NCBI GenBank assembly: GCA_043803945.1
Contig: JAZDJN010000104.1
Span: 32,001 to 96,000 of the forward strand
Length of the DNA: 64,000 bases
Direction of reading: 5' to 3'
From: a bacterium
GTDB lineage: Bacteria; Bacteroidota; Ignavibacteria; UBA10030
Shown here: piece by piece, positions 42,221 to 52,560 of the stretch
Layout of the letters: each line of letters begins with the position of its first letter
Numbering within the stretch: the stretch's first letter is position 1
Translations under genes and position numbers: made by a program
The notes under the pieces: model-generated
Databases searched by the model: none
Seen by the model: only the letters and a program-made list of their open reading frames with translations
Told to the model about the DNA's origin: nothing

Positions 42221-43231
42221 TCAGTTCGGAATAATTAATCTATACAGCACTGCGTCGGATCTAGAAAGTCCAAAAAATGATTTCTTCATGGGGTCAAATG
42301 AAAAGCTTGTCAAAAAGAAAGTTTTATTATAGTTCTTTACCTCAATTTTATAATGAGTCACGATCAAACCAGATAAAGGATCCAACTTATAGAAATAATC
42401 CTTAAATCCTATATACATTGATACGCCATCATCAGAAGCAAAGTCATATGAATATACCCATTGTCTATACCGACCTTTTTCATCAACCGGCTTTTCCAAC
42501 TTCTCTGTTTCATAAATTTCCGGACCATCAAGCTTACGTTCAAAGAGCAGATTTCCATCATTACTATATTTTCTAATAAGTGGCTTATATTTAAATCCCA
42601 CCCAGAGATTATTATTTTGATCACATTTAAGAAACGCGACGTTCCATGTAATTCGGACTCCTTTGTTTTCATGATAATTGGGTTTGCCAAATGAAAACAA
42701 TTCATTTCCCTCCTCCGAATAAACGGTGATAAGGCTATCTGTCCTCGTTGTGGTAACAAAAACATACCCACGTTTATCTACAGCGATATGGATATCTTCA
42801 AACACTTGACCTAATGCTATCATCCTGGAATATTTTCCATTTTCATCAAAAATAGTAACACGGCGTCCAGTTAGATCGGCGACATAGAGATTTCCCTTCA
42901 AGTTAACATCAATATCTACTGGATATGAAAATTCACCAGATCGACCATATTCTTCGATAAATTTTAATTCTTGATCATATTTCATCACTCGGTTGTTTTC
43001 TATGTCTAAAACGTAATAATTACCTTTCGCATCTATTCTAATCTTTATTGGTTTAGTAAAGATATAATGAGGATCTGCTTCTTTAATACCTGGTCCTAAC
43101 AATATTTCATACTTGACAATTTTCTTCGGGTAATCCTGGGCAAATAATACTCCGCTTGTTAGAAGCAGAATACATAAGAAATATCCAAATCTAATACTAG
43201 TAAAGGCCGTTAAATTATTCGGGTTTTTCAT
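42221..43231 (-). CDS. NHL/6-bladed beta-propeller secreted protein
   Basis: Signal/TM; repeats such as PVDIDVNLKGNLYVAD; visibly AT-rich compared with neighbours. Confidence 0.75.
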   Translation of the reverse strand: MKNPNNLTAFTSIRFGYFLCILLLTSGVLFAQDYPKKIVKYEILLGPGIKEADPHYIFTKPIKIRIDAKGNYYVLDIENNRVMKYDQELKFIEEYGRSGEFSYPVDIDVNLKGNLYVADLTGRRVTIFDENGKYSRMIALGQVFEDIHIAVDKRGYVFVTTTRTDSLITVYSEEGNELFSFGKPNYHENKGVRITWNVAFLKCDQNNNLWVGFKYKPLIRKYSNDGNLLFERKLDGPEIYETEKLEKPVDEKGRYRQWVYSYDFASDDGVSMYIGFKDYFYKLDPLSGLIVTHYKIEVKNYNKTFFLTSFSFDPMKKSFFGLSRSDAVLYRLIIPN

Positions 43232-43429
43232 ATTCCCTCCTTTTTACTCGAAATAGAATTTCAGAACCATACCTTCGGAGTTGAATCGATTGCAATGCTA
43301 TTGATTCTATTTCTATTATATATTTTGTCTATCCTATACGAACAGGCGGAAAGTTGAAAAATTTAGAAGATATAACCTTATCATCGAAAAACGACTTCAA
43401 GAGTATTACTATTGTTGTTTATTTTCTTC

Positions 43430-43490
43430 TACTGTCTGCCGTCTGCGTACTGCTCTCTCCTCTCCCTTTTTCCTTTTTACTTGATACTTA
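43430..43490. repeat. Degenerate 7-bp tandem tract
   Basis: TACTGTC TGCCGTC TGCGTAC TGCTCTC TCCTCTC CCTTTTT CCTTTTT. Confidence 0.5.
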
Positions 43491-45146
43491 CTACTTTTCA
43501 AACACCACCTTCCCTCCTACAACAGTCATTTCAATACGGGCGGTTTCAATCTTGATCGGATCTATCGTCAGGATATCGTCTGAGAGAACCACCAGGTCCG
43601 CAAGCTTACCGACGGTAATTGACCCTTTCTCATTCTCTTCAAACTGTGCATAGGCATTGTTAATAGTATAGCACTCGATCGCCTGCTCGACAGAAATTTT
43701 CTGTTCGGGATACCATCCATTTGGATTTGCTCCATCGGTAGTCCTTCTGGTAACAGCAGCATAGATGCCAAGCAAGGGATTAAGCGGAGCAACTGTCCAG
43801 TCACTGCCAAAACATATTTTGACACCTTGCTCGATGAAAGTCTTAAAGGGATAGGTTGTCTTACAGCGTTCGCTGCCAATGCGTTTGATCACCCATCGTC
43901 CGTCATCGATGGCATGGTATGGTTGAACCGACGCAATGACTCCAAGTTTAACGAAGCGAGCAAAGTCCTTCGGGTGAATATGCTGTGCATGCTCAATCCG
44001 GAACCGGCGATCCCATGCAGGGTTTGCCTTCACAATGTTTTCGAAGATGTCGAGCAGATCACTGTTCGCTTTATCTCCAATGGCATGAATTGAAAGCTGT
44101 AGATTTGCTCTATCCGCGGCAAGAGCCCACTTTTCCAGATTACCGTTTGTAAATCCATCCATTGTTAAGCCGCTCGTGCTCGGATCGGAATCGTAGGGCG
44201 CAAAGAATAAAGCGGTGGTAGAACCGACGGATCCATCGACAAAGTCTTTCATAGAACCAAGACGGATCCATTCATCGCCGAACGGCACTTTTATTCCGGT
44301 TGCGGCTACATGCTGCCATTGCGAGAGCGGCAGTCGGCAATGAAAACGTGCAGTCAATGCTCCCTCTGCTTTTAGTGCCTGATAGACGCGGACATCTGCT
44401 GCTGAGGAGACATCGTTGATGCTAGTGACGCCGAACTTCCTCGCTTCGGCAAGCCCAAGTTTTACCGCTTCAATCATTTCTTTTTCTGTGGGATCCGGGA
44501 TAAGCTTGTAAACAAAGCTCATCGCTTCATCTTTCAGAATCCCTGTCGGCTCACCTGTGGCCGGATCTTTCACGATTGTCCCGCCCGGAGGATTGGGAGT
44601 ATCTTTTGTAATGCCTGCTATCTTCAGCACGTAGCTGTTAACGAGCGCCATATGCCAATCGTACCTCTTGACGAACATCGGTGTCGATGGTGTCACCTTA
44701 TCGATGGCCTCTTTTGTGGGAAGATTGGCTCCAGCCCAATTCTCATGATCCCAATCTCCACCGAGAATCCATTGTGTCGGCGATTGTTTGGCGCGCTTCT
44801 CAATGATGGAAGAAAATTCAGCAAGGGTTTTCGTTTTTCTCAGGTCGACATAGCTGAGCTGGAAGCTGCCCTCGATAAAATGCGTATGGTCGTCGATGAC
44901 GCCGGGAAGCATGAGTTTACCTTTAAGATCAACAACCTTGGTTCCCTTTCCGATGAAGGCCTTGATTTGCGCGGTCGTGCCAATTGCAACGATGCGATCA
45001 CCAGAGACTGCAACCGCTTGAACGATCTGTTTGGATTTATCGACTGTCCAGATCTTTCCATTGACAAAGGCAAGATCGGCTGATTGTGAATACAGAGTGT
45101 CCATAGTGAGAAGGAATAGTCCGATGAATGGAAGAAGAATTCGCAT
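43491..45146 (-). CDS. Amidohydrolase 3 (YtcJ-like)
   Basis: PGVIDDHTH, HAIGD, RIEHAQ, FGSDW, GKLADLVVL; start at MRILL after GGAG. Confidence 0.9.
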   Translation of the reverse strand: MRILLPFIGLFLLTMDTLYSQSADLAFVNGKIWTVDKSKQIVQAVAVSGDRIVAIGTTAQIKAFIGKGTKVVDLKGKLMLPGVIDDHTHFIEGSFQLSYVDLRKTKTLAEFSSIIEKRAKQSPTQWILGGDWDHENWAGANLPTKEAIDKVTPSTPMFVKRYDWHMALVNSYVLKIAGITKDTPNPPGGTIVKDPATGEPTGILKDEAMSFVYKLIPDPTEKEMIEAVKLGLAEARKFGVTSINDVSSAADVRVYQALKAEGALTARFHCRLPLSQWQHVAATGIKVPFGDEWIRLGSMKDFVDGSVGSTTALFFAPYDSDPSTSGLTMDGFTNGNLEKWALAADRANLQLSIHAIGDKANSDLLDIFENIVKANPAWDRRFRIEHAQHIHPKDFARFVKLGVIASVQPYHAIDDGRWVIKRIGSERCKTTYPFKTFIEQGVKICFGSDWTVAPLNPLLGIYAAVTRRTTDGANPNGWYPEQKISVEQAIECYTINNAYAQFEENEKGSITVGKLADLVVLSDDILTIDPIKIETARIEMTVVGGKVVFEK

Positions 45147-45252
45147 GCAGACTCCACAAATAGTAAAAGTTATCGAGCGAGAGTTACTGCTTGAGAGCAG
45201 AGGCAAGATAGGGAAAGGGTGGGTGAATTTCAAATTGAAACGAACCATCATG

Positions 45253-45332
45253 CTTGATTCTAATTAGCACAATGCTATATTGCTTTCATCTTTTTAATAA
45301 ATGCCATTCAACAATTGATCAGACAATAATTA
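45253..45332 (+). promoter_or_regulatory. Promoter-like element, copy 1 (head of cassette array)
   Basis: TTGATT-16 nt-TATATT with TG extension; homologous to 51522-51596. Confidence 0.6.
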
Positions 45333-45469
45333 ACTAGGCATAGTCTTGACCAGCACTCATCAGAGAACTTGAAAAAAGGAATCACAGAATCAGAGAACGC
45401 AGGCGACGCGGTCATTCGTGCTCCCGACTCTGTTGTTAACTCCATACGATTTTAAGGCCATACCATTCT

Positions 45470-47371
45470 ATGAAAAACTGCATTGATTGCATTGTTAAGC
45501 CTTTAAGTGCCAAGATTTCCGATTTTCCGCTACTGATCGAGGCAAAATCCGCTGGCGATGCAACGAACACAAACAAACGTAGGAAGGAAGAGGCGCAGAA
45601 GATTCACCAGTTACGGGAGCAATATGGTACTTCTGTGAAGTTTCTGCTCTACCTGTGTGGATACTTTGAGCCTGGTTATCTGGGATACGAGGCAGCAGAA
45701 GGTATTGATTGGGTATGGGAACACCGGACTGGCGATTTTGATTCGCTGCTAACTCCACAGGATAAAAAAAAAGGCCAAACAGTACGTGATGCACTCGGAG
45801 ACTATGTAGCCACAGAAAGTCAGTCCAAGGAATATCATCGGGCTAATGCCCAAAGCCAAGCGGACTCGCTCAAGAGTGCTGTGGAACGCAACAGGTTAGG
45901 CCAGTTCTCCACTCCATTTCCTGTGGCATATGAAATGGTCGCGCGAACGCTAAAATCGTTTCCGGACAATGTCCCCATTGTTTTTCTTGAACCAGCCGTA
46001 GGTTCTGGTGTTTTTTTTAGTGCACTTCTATGCAACACAAGCCGGTCACGGATCGAATCTGCCATTGGATGCGAGATTGATCCAGCTTATGGAAATATTG
46101 CCAGGGCTATTTGGGAATCCTCCGGCCTTCAAGTTCTCGTTTGCGACTTTATCAGGTTTGCCTCTGATCCGGCTAACTTCGGAAGGTTCTCACTATTATG
46201 TACCAATCCACCGTACGTCAGACATCACCACCTTCAGCCCGAACAGAAGGTACGTCTTCAGTCTCTAGTGATGCAACGACTCGGACTTCAAGCAAGTGGT
46301 CTCTCTGGTCTTTATGTTTACTTTGTTCTTCTTGCCGACGCGCTTTTAGCAGAAGACGCAGTGGCATCATGGCTTCTTCCCGCAGAGTTCCTTTATGTTA
46401 ACTATGGACGTGTCCTTCGAGATTACTTGACCTCCCGCGTTACTCTTCTCTCGATCCACCATTTCGATCCTGACACCGTCCAATTTGACGATGCTCTCGT
46501 TTCATCATGCATCGTGACGTACCGGAAAACGCTCCCGTCGCGAGAATCAACTTGTGAGATGTCGTATGGTGAAAAGTTCCACGATCCCCAACAAAAGAAG
46601 ACTATTCCTTTTTCGGAGCTCCGTACTCTCAATAAGTGGACAATGTCGCACTTCGGAGGAGATACAGCACCTTCGGATACTCTGCGCCTCAAGGATTTGT
46701 TTTCCGTACGTCGTGGCATAGCAACCGGTGCAAATAAATTCTTCATTATCGACCGTGAAACAGCTATGCAATACGACATCCCGGAAGCCTATTTGAAACC
46801 CATTCTCCCAAGCCCACGCTTAATACGGGGAACAGTGATTGAGTCCAATGGTGATGGATTACCGAAGGTCGCGGATATTCGCTATTTATTGGATTGCTCC
46901 ATCCCGCCAGACCAAGTGAGGGAGCGACATCCCCGTCTGTGGGCTTATCTTCAGGAAGGCATTGCTATAGGCATTCCACAAGGTTACCTCTGCTCTCAGC
47001 GGGAAGTGTGGTACTATCAAGAGAGACGAAATCCGTCTCCTTTCCTATCATCGTACATGGGAAGGGCAAATGGTGGTCGAGAATGTCCAATCAGATTCTT
47101 TGTGAACTTCTCGTCTGCCATCGTAACAAATGTCTTCTTAAACCTTTACCCCAACCCTGAATTCGAAGAGTGCCTCCATGGTGACCGTGAGAGGATGCTT
47201 GAGTTCGGACATTTACTGAACAGCATACCGACAGAGTGTGTACTCCAAGCCGGACGTGCCTATGGAGGTGGATTGCATAAGATTGAGCCGAAGGAACTGC
47301 TCGAAGTACGACTGCCATACGCGCCCACTTGGCTGGAGGGAGCAGTCAAAAAACAGTTGATTCTGATATAA
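45470..47371 (+). CDS. Truncated XamI-like restriction endonuclease C-terminus fused to an N6-adenine methyltransferase
   Basis: LLIEAKSAGDATNTNKRRKEEA...YLGYEAAEGIDWVWEHR, then GQFSTP, FLEPAVGSG, TNPPY, RAYGGGLHKIEPKEL. Confidence 0.8.
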   Translation: MKNCIDCIVKPLSAKISDFPLLIEAKSAGDATNTNKRRKEEAQKIHQLREQYGTSVKFLLYLCGYFEPGYLGYEAAEGIDWVWEHRTGDFDSLLTPQDKKKGQTVRDALGDYVATESQSKEYHRANAQSQADSLKSAVERNRLGQFSTPFPVAYEMVARTLKSFPDNVPIVFLEPAVGSGVFFSALLCNTSRSRIESAIGCEIDPAYGNIARAIWESSGLQVLVCDFIRFASDPANFGRFSLLCTNPPYVRHHHLQPEQKVRLQSLVMQRLGLQASGLSGLYVYFVLLADALLAEDAVASWLLPAEFLYVNYGRVLRDYLTSRVTLLSIHHFDPDTVQFDDALVSSCIVTYRKTLPSRESTCEMSYGEKFHDPQQKKTIPFSELRTLNKWTMSHFGGDTAPSDTLRLKDLFSVRRGIATGANKFFIIDRETAMQYDIPEAYLKPILPSPRLIRGTVIESNGDGLPKVADIRYLLDCSIPPDQVRERHPRLWAYLQEGIAIGIPQGYLCSQREVWYYQERRNPSPFLSSYMGRANGGRECPIRFFVNFSSAIVTNVFLNLYPNPEFEECLHGDRERMLEFGHLLNSIPTECVLQAGRAYGGGLHKIEPKELLEVRLPYAPTWLEGAVKKQLILI

Positions 47372-47375
47372 GACT

Positions 47376-47425
47376 GTCCTAACAAGACAAGGGCTTACAG
47401 TTGCGCTTGGGTGATAATGTTATGC
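47376..47425 (+). repeat. Degenerate attC site
   Basis: GTCCTAAC just after the stop codon and GTTATGC at 47419; short, with inner boxes eroded. Confidence 0.45.
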
Positions 47426-47563
47426 GGTTGATCGAATGCTACTACTAAGAATATTGGGTGAGAAATCAGATCTCTTCTCCCAAACGATTGTGAATAATTC
47501 AGGGTGGATTGAAAATTTTGGAAAAAATGTATTTATGTTGCCATACGTGTCGACGATATTTTT

Positions 47564-47857
47564 ATGTCGGAGACTTCCATTCAGCCGCAGGAAATCGATT
47601 CGCTGATCACTGTGCTGAACCGTCAGGGTGCAACATTACAATTAGCAGTAATACCGCGTCGGCTGATAGAACAGCAAAATGCAAACGGCAAGATGAAAAA
47701 CGATCTGATCAACGATGATTGCACCCTGCGGGATGAACTGCGGCCACATCAGGAGCCTGAACGAGATCTTCCAACAAGTACGTGCATGGATGCTTGCGCC
47801 GCTGAAGCGCGAGTCGTTCAGCATCTGCTTGAAAAGGTAAAGAAGAAAAAGACATGA
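47564..47857 (+). CDS. Hypothetical protein (possibly a fragment)
   Basis: 97-aa ORF overlapping the next start (ATGA); no recognisable motif. Confidence 0.4.
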   Translation: MSETSIQPQEIDSLITVLNRQGATLQLAVIPRRLIEQQNANGKMKNDLINDDCTLRDELRPHQEPERDLPTSTCMDACAAEARVVQHLLEKVKKKKT

Positions 47858-48388
47858 ATCGAAGGCAATTTTCCAAGACGCTTGGCATAGGGGGTTTGGC
47901 GTTAGGAATGAACAGGACAGTTCCACTGTTTGCTGATGAAATGCCGCAGATTGCAATTACAATCGATGACCTCAATTTGTTCGGCGCATCCCAATCAGTT
48001 GCAAAGCAACGCAATCGTGCGCTGCTTAACGCCTTGCATGAGCACTCCAACTTGAAAGCCGCTGCGTTCATATGCGGCAAGAACATTGACAACGAAATAG
48101 GTCGAAGCCTTGTGAAGGAGTGGGGCAACGCTGGGCACCTCATCGCTAATCATACCTATTCACATTGGTATTACCCCAATTATAGCTTTGAGGATTACAC
48201 GCAAGATTTTCTTCGCCCAAGATGCTTTTACAGATTCTGTTTTTTCTGCTGCCCCCAATATAGTGCCTGCGGGGGAAAACATCATCTGGGCTCTGGCAAA
48301 AGAGTCTAGAAAGTTCGACGAACTATTGCGTTATCCAGGCGAAGATGGGGAGTATGAAAAGCCTAAAATGGATAAGCTTGGTCTATAA
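47854..48388 (+). pseudogene. Tat-exported polysaccharide deacetylase (NodB) with internal deletion/frameshift
   Basis: MNRRQF Tat signal, AITIDD, ANHTYSH; C-terminus (PAGENIIWALAK...RYPGEDG) lies in another frame after ~48210. Confidence 0.75.
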
Positions 48389-48419
48389 ATAGAGCAACCA
48401 CAATCGGCAAGCCATCAAG

Positions 48420-48662
48420 ATGAACAAACGACTCTGCTGGGATGCGAACAATATTATACTTCGAGTGTTTGGCAGTAGTGATGCCGTCCAGGTTGAATTT
48501 GCGAAGGGCTCGTTGGAAACAGCCGGACTTCATCCGTTCATCTTTTCACGTAAGGCAAGTCCAATTTCGATTGGCGGTCTCGACTACACATTGGAAAAGC
48601 CAAAGCAGGCAATCATACATGCGGTCACTATTAAATCAATTAGTACGTCGTGCGCAGCTTAA
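48420..48662 (+). pseudogene. Fragment resembling a DUF2007 protein
   Basis: EFAKGSLETAGLHPFIFS pattern; reading frame runs into an attC remnant. Confidence 0.35.
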
Positions 48663-48677
48663 CCGCGTCCGTAAAGC
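48654..48677 (+). repeat. attC 3' half remnant
   Basis: GCAGCTTAACCGCGTCCGTAAAGC matches attC ends at 52083 and 54460; core mutated to GTAAAGC. Confidence 0.55.
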
Positions 48678-48704
48678 AGCCACCCTTTTAAAGGAGAAAA
48701 TCCA

Positions 48705-49031
48705 ATGCGCGGAAATATTTGTCCTCAATGCGGGAAAGAGGTTATGCCCTATCGGCGGTTTTTTCGTGAGGCAGAACCATACAAAGTTTCTCAATGCGGC
48801 AGTTGTGATACTAAACTAAAACGCAGCCCACGAGTGTACCTCTTCCTTCTATTTATGTGCATTGTTCTTACGGTGATTAGCATTCCACTCGTTATTGCAA
48901 TGGTTGCGGCACATACTTCGTTTTGGATCATGTGGCCTGCATTAGTACTATGGGCTGCCTGTTGGGTATTACTGATCAACTACTCGTCATGGCGTTACAT
49001 TGGGTGGGTGGTTGTAAAGGATTCGAATTAA
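48705..49031 (+). CDS. Double zinc-ribbon membrane protein
   Basis: CPQC...CGSC followed by two TMs; AAGGAG RBS. Confidence 0.75.
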   Translation: MRGNICPQCGKEVMPYRRFFREAEPYKVSQCGSCDTKLKRSPRVYLFLLFMCIVLTVISIPLVIAMVAAHTSFWIMWPALVLWAACWVLLINYSSWRYIGWVVVKDSN

Positions 49032-49132
49032 TAAGAATATTTTCCAATCACTATTTATAGATGGCTGCCTTATCAGCAGTTCTTGCCAAAATAATGGTGA
49101 TCCATCTGTTAGGCGGCATCCTTAGCGTGCTA

Positions 49133-50104
49133 ATGAATGTCATGACATCAAACACTACAAACCGCTTATCTCTTACACGCTTTGCCTGGCTTTCGGTTGC
49201 CGCGGCCATTCTCACGATTGCACTCAAGACCATTGCGTATTTGCTAACAGGTTCGGTTGGCCTCCTTTCAGACGCGCTGGAATCGTTCGTCAATCTGATC
49301 GGCGCACTTATGGCGCTGGGAATGTTGACGATTGCCGCGCGCCCAGCCGATGAAGACCATGCCTACGGTCATAGTAAAGCCGAATACTTCTCAAGCGGTG
49401 TCGAGGGAACATTGATTCTGCTTGCCGCTGGAAGTATCGCCCTGGCGGCTATTCCCAGGCTGATTGCTCCAAAGCCACTTGAACAAGTTGGGCTGGGATT
49501 GGGGGTTTCGGTTGCGGCTTCACTTGTAAACTTGTTTGTCGCGCGGGTGTTGCTGCGGGCCGGTCAGCAGCATCATTCAATTACTCTTGAAGCTAATGCC
49601 CATCACTTGATGACGGATGTATGGACGTCGTTGGGTGTGTTAGTTGGGATCAGCGCAGTGGTACTCACCGGATGGGAACGACTCGACCCCATTGTGGCAT
49701 GCCTCGTTGCGGCTAACATCGTTTGGACCGGCGTTGGAATAGTACGCAAGTCCATATTAGGATTGATGGATACGGCGCTGCCAATGGAGGATCAACGAAA
49801 GTTACAACAAGTATTAGAACCGTATGTCCAGAGCGGAGTCCAGTTTCACGCACTTCGTACGCGCCAATCAGGAGCGCGGCAGTTTGTATCGTTTCACGTA
49901 CTAGTTCCCGGCCTATGGACAGTTCAGCGCGGCCATCAGCTATTAGAAAGCATAGAAACTGACATCTGCCATGCATTGCCGAATGTTACAGTCTTTACAC
50001 ATTTGGAATCTATCAGCGATCCTGCTTCATGGGATGATATAAGTTTAGACCGTAAAGAAATTCCGTCGAATGAATCACCGGCAAAGAAACGGAATCGTCC
50101 ATGA
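49133..50104 (+). CDS. Cation diffusion facilitator (FieF-like)
   Basis: [31 protein letters not shown]; follows GTTAGGC core at 49108. Confidence 0.92.
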   Translation: MNVMTSNTTNRLSLTRFAWLSVAAAILTIALKTIAYLLTGSVGLLSDALESFVNLIGALMALGMLTIAARPADEDHAYGHSKAEYFSSGVEGTLILLAAGSIALAAIPRLIAPKPLEQVGLGLGVSVAASLVNLFVARVLLRAGQQHHSITLEANAHHLMTDVWTSLGVLVGISAVVLTGWERLDPIVACLVAANIVWTGVGIVRKSILGLMDTALPMEDQRKLQQVLEPYVQSGVQFHALRTRQSGARQFVSFHVLVPGLWTVQRGHQLLESIETDICHALPNVTVFTHLESISDPASWDDISLDRKEIPSNESPAKKRNRP

Positions 50105-51339
50105 CTTCTTTTTTAACATTATCCACCTGGAAGCTTCTCCAGACTTTCCTTGATCAGAAACGAAGCATGGTCGGACTGCTCGGAATGATCGTTTTGGTGG
50201 GTATGGGCGAGCATATGGCCGAGCGCTTCCTGCCGCTCTACCTGCAGCAACTGGCGCAAGCCTCAACCGCTGTATTAGCAATCGGTTTGCTGGCAGGCAT
50301 GGATGATTTGCTGTCCGCTCTCTACTCTTTTCCGGGTGGATATTTGAGTGACCGACTGGGCACGAAGCGCGCACTGCTTTTTTTTAATGCCCTCTCCATG
50401 ATCGGTTACCTGTGTGTTATCTTGATTCGTTCCTGGTGGGCAGTGCTGATCGGCGCCGCCTTTTTCATCTCCTGGTCGGCTATTTCACTGCCTGCCACGA
50501 TGGATCTATTGTCAAAGATGGTACCAAAGAATCGGCGTGCTATGGGAGTGTCGATAGTGTCGTTAGTTCGGCGGGTACCTAAAATGCTGGGACCGGTTGT
50601 AGGCGGTGCTTGCATCGCCATCTGGGGTGTCGAGCAGGGTGTGCGTATGGCGTTCATTCTGGCGCTGGTGCTCGCTCTGGTTGCCTCGGTATTACAGCAG
50701 TTGCTGATCACAGACGACTCGAAAGAAGCCAGAGTTCCCGAGCCCAATCCGATGCGGCTGTGGCGTGAGATGCCCGCCAATCTGAGGAATCTGCTCTGGT
50801 CGGATATTCTCATTCGATTCTGTGAGCGCATTCCGGACGCGTTCGTGGTTATCTGGGCCACACGATATGTGCTCCACCCCGTTTCGGAACTCACGTTCGG
50901 ATGGCTCTCCGCCATCGAAAACATTACCGCAGTGCTTGTGTATATCCCCGTGGCATACATGGCCGATCGCTTTGGCAAGAAACCTTTTGTGCTTATCACC
51001 TTCGTGTTCTTCACCTGCTTCCCGATGGCGCTTCTCTATTCGTCTTCGCTCGGTCCTTTGATCGCAGCGTTTGTGCTTCGTGGTCTCAAGGAATTTGGCG
51101 AGCCGACCCGCAAGGCGCTGATCATGGATCTGGCACCGGATGAGCGCAAAGCTGCGATGTTCGGATTGTACTATCTTGTTCGTGATGTGCTTGTTGCTTT
51201 TGCGGCTTTTGGCGGAGCGCTGCTCTGGCGTGTGTCGCCGGAACTGAACCTGAAGGTTGCGTTCGGCTTCGGAGTGTTAGGCACTTTCTGGTTCGCCTGC
51301 CGCGGCCGCGACTGCACGGTTCCACTCACAAATAATTAA
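50101..51339 (+). CDS. MFS transporter
   Basis: [11 protein letters not shown] and ADRFGKKP motif A; multiple TMs. Confidence 0.9.
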   Translation: MTSFLTLSTWKLLQTFLDQKRSMVGLLGMIVLVGMGEHMAERFLPLYLQQLAQASTAVLAIGLLAGMDDLLSALYSFPGGYLSDRLGTKRALLFFNALSMIGYLCVILIRSWWAVLIGAAFFISWSAISLPATMDLLSKMVPKNRRAMGVSIVSLVRRVPKMLGPVVGGACIAIWGVEQGVRMAFILALVLALVASVLQQLLITDDSKEARVPEPNPMRLWREMPANLRNLLWSDILIRFCERIPDAFVVIWATRYVLHPVSELTFGWLSAIENITAVLVYIPVAYMADRFGKKPFVLITFVFFTCFPMALLYSSSLGPLIAAFVLRGLKEFGEPTRKALIMDLAPDERKAAMFGLYYLVRDVLVAFAAFGGALLWRVSPELNLKVAFGFGVLGTFWFACRGRDCTVPLTNN

Positions 51340-51521
51340 GATCGAACTCATCAAAATATTTGGAGATCGAAAGACTTAAAATGCTGGGAGGTCGCAAGAC
51401 TCGCCTACTTGCCAGCCTTGGGCTGGTGGCGAGGAGCTCTGCACGCGATCAATGAGCGTTTGCTCCTGACCAAATTTCTCTTTTATCAATTTTAGAAAAG
51501 GCGGCTAAATCACCTCTCACA

Positions 51522-51596
51522 CTTGACTCTGAATGGCACAATGTTATATTGCTCTCACTTTTTAAGAAAATCCATTCAACCGTTGGCAAATAATTA
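51522..51596 (+). promoter_or_regulatory. Promoter-like element, copy 2
   Basis: TTGACT-16 nt-TATATT with TG extension; homologous to 45253-45332. Confidence 0.6.
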
Positions 51597-51617
51597 GACA
51601 GCACACAGGAAAGAACT

Positions 51618-52010
51618 ATGGCATTTGAAGATAAACACCTTGATGTCTTACAGAACATTGAGTTCGCTATCGTGAGCGTGTATCACGAACACAACGATCT
51701 TAACGACTATGAAGTGATGAAGGCGTTGGATGCTTTAATCGATCACTATCGCCTAGAATCGCATGGGCATACTTCCAAAGAAAATCATCTTCCGCCGAAC
51801 GAAACTCTTGTCATTCAGAGAGTACAGGAGATGTGCGAACACAGGTTGGGTCGTAAAGATCTCGGCAGAATGAAAATGGATCCTTCAGGAGTTAAGACCG
51901 TAGAAGAAATTCTTTCATGCTTAAGAAAAATAAGGAAGTCAGTCGATAGATGGAATAAACAAGGAGGTAAGCAAGGGTATTTACGATTTGTGAAAGAATT
52001 TGTCAAGTAA
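51618..52010 (+). CDS. Hypothetical protein
   Basis: 130 aa; RBS AGGA; C-terminal SVDRWNKQGGKQGYLRFV. Confidence 0.75.
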   Translation: MAFEDKHLDVLQNIEFAIVSVYHEHNDLNDYEVMKALDALIDHYRLESHGHTSKENHLPPNETLVIQRVQEMCEHRLGRKDLGRMKMDPSGVKTVEEILSCLRKIRKSVDRWNKQGGKQGYLRFVKEFVK

Positions 52011-52022
52011 TGGCAAATCGTG

Positions 52023-52107
52023 GGACAACAGCGCAGTGAATGAACTTGTTTCGTTTAGTACAAGTTGATTGTTTTCAACGGTGCAGCTTATGCGCCACCT
52101 GTTAGGC
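52023..52107 (+). repeat. attC site (partly degenerate)
   Basis: GGACAAC ... GCAGCTTATGCGCCACCTGTTAGGC. Confidence 0.65.
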
Positions 52108-52218
52108 GGCGTACTATGCCAGCTCGTGAAGACCATGCGTTCAACATTCGCACGTCGACAGTCGCTCGGCGAGGAGGTCACCATGGTATATAACATGTTC
52201 TAAAAGGAGGGTACCAAA

Positions 52219-52560
52219 ATGCCGGAATATCGGATTAAGGTTGCGCCCGTTACAGTAGCGTATGCTGACGGGGAGAAAAACAAGCTTGTAGTGGAGTTCG
52301 CCATCCCAGGAGCGCCAACAGATACCATCGATCTGAAGCTCCTGCCAGATAGCGTCCACCTGACAGCACCAGCAAGGGACATCGAGTATGTTTCAGCACT
52401 GGCTTTAGCTTGGCCGGTGAAACCTGACAAAGCCGAAGCGATCTACGAAAACGGCCTGCTCCGAATTGAGGTGCCCTTCAAAGATCCGATGGAAGATGCT
52501 GTGAAGATCGCTATCAAAGCAGGTGGCGTGGAAATCAAGACCAAAGCAATCGAAGGCTGA
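52219..52560 (+). CDS. Hsp20/alpha-crystallin small heat-shock protein
   Basis: AIPG...AEAIYENGLLRIEVP; AAGGAGG RBS. Confidence 0.88.
   Translation: MPEYRIKVAPVTVAYADGEKNKLVVEFAIPGAPTDTIDLKLLPDSVHLTAPARDIEYVSALALAWPVKPDKAEAIYENGLLRIEVPFKDPMEDAVKIAIKAGGVEIKTKAIEG

Noticed and set aside
45147-45470. Expected position of an integron integrase
   Set aside because: Only ~320 bp with no tyrosine-recombinase remnant, so no intI was called
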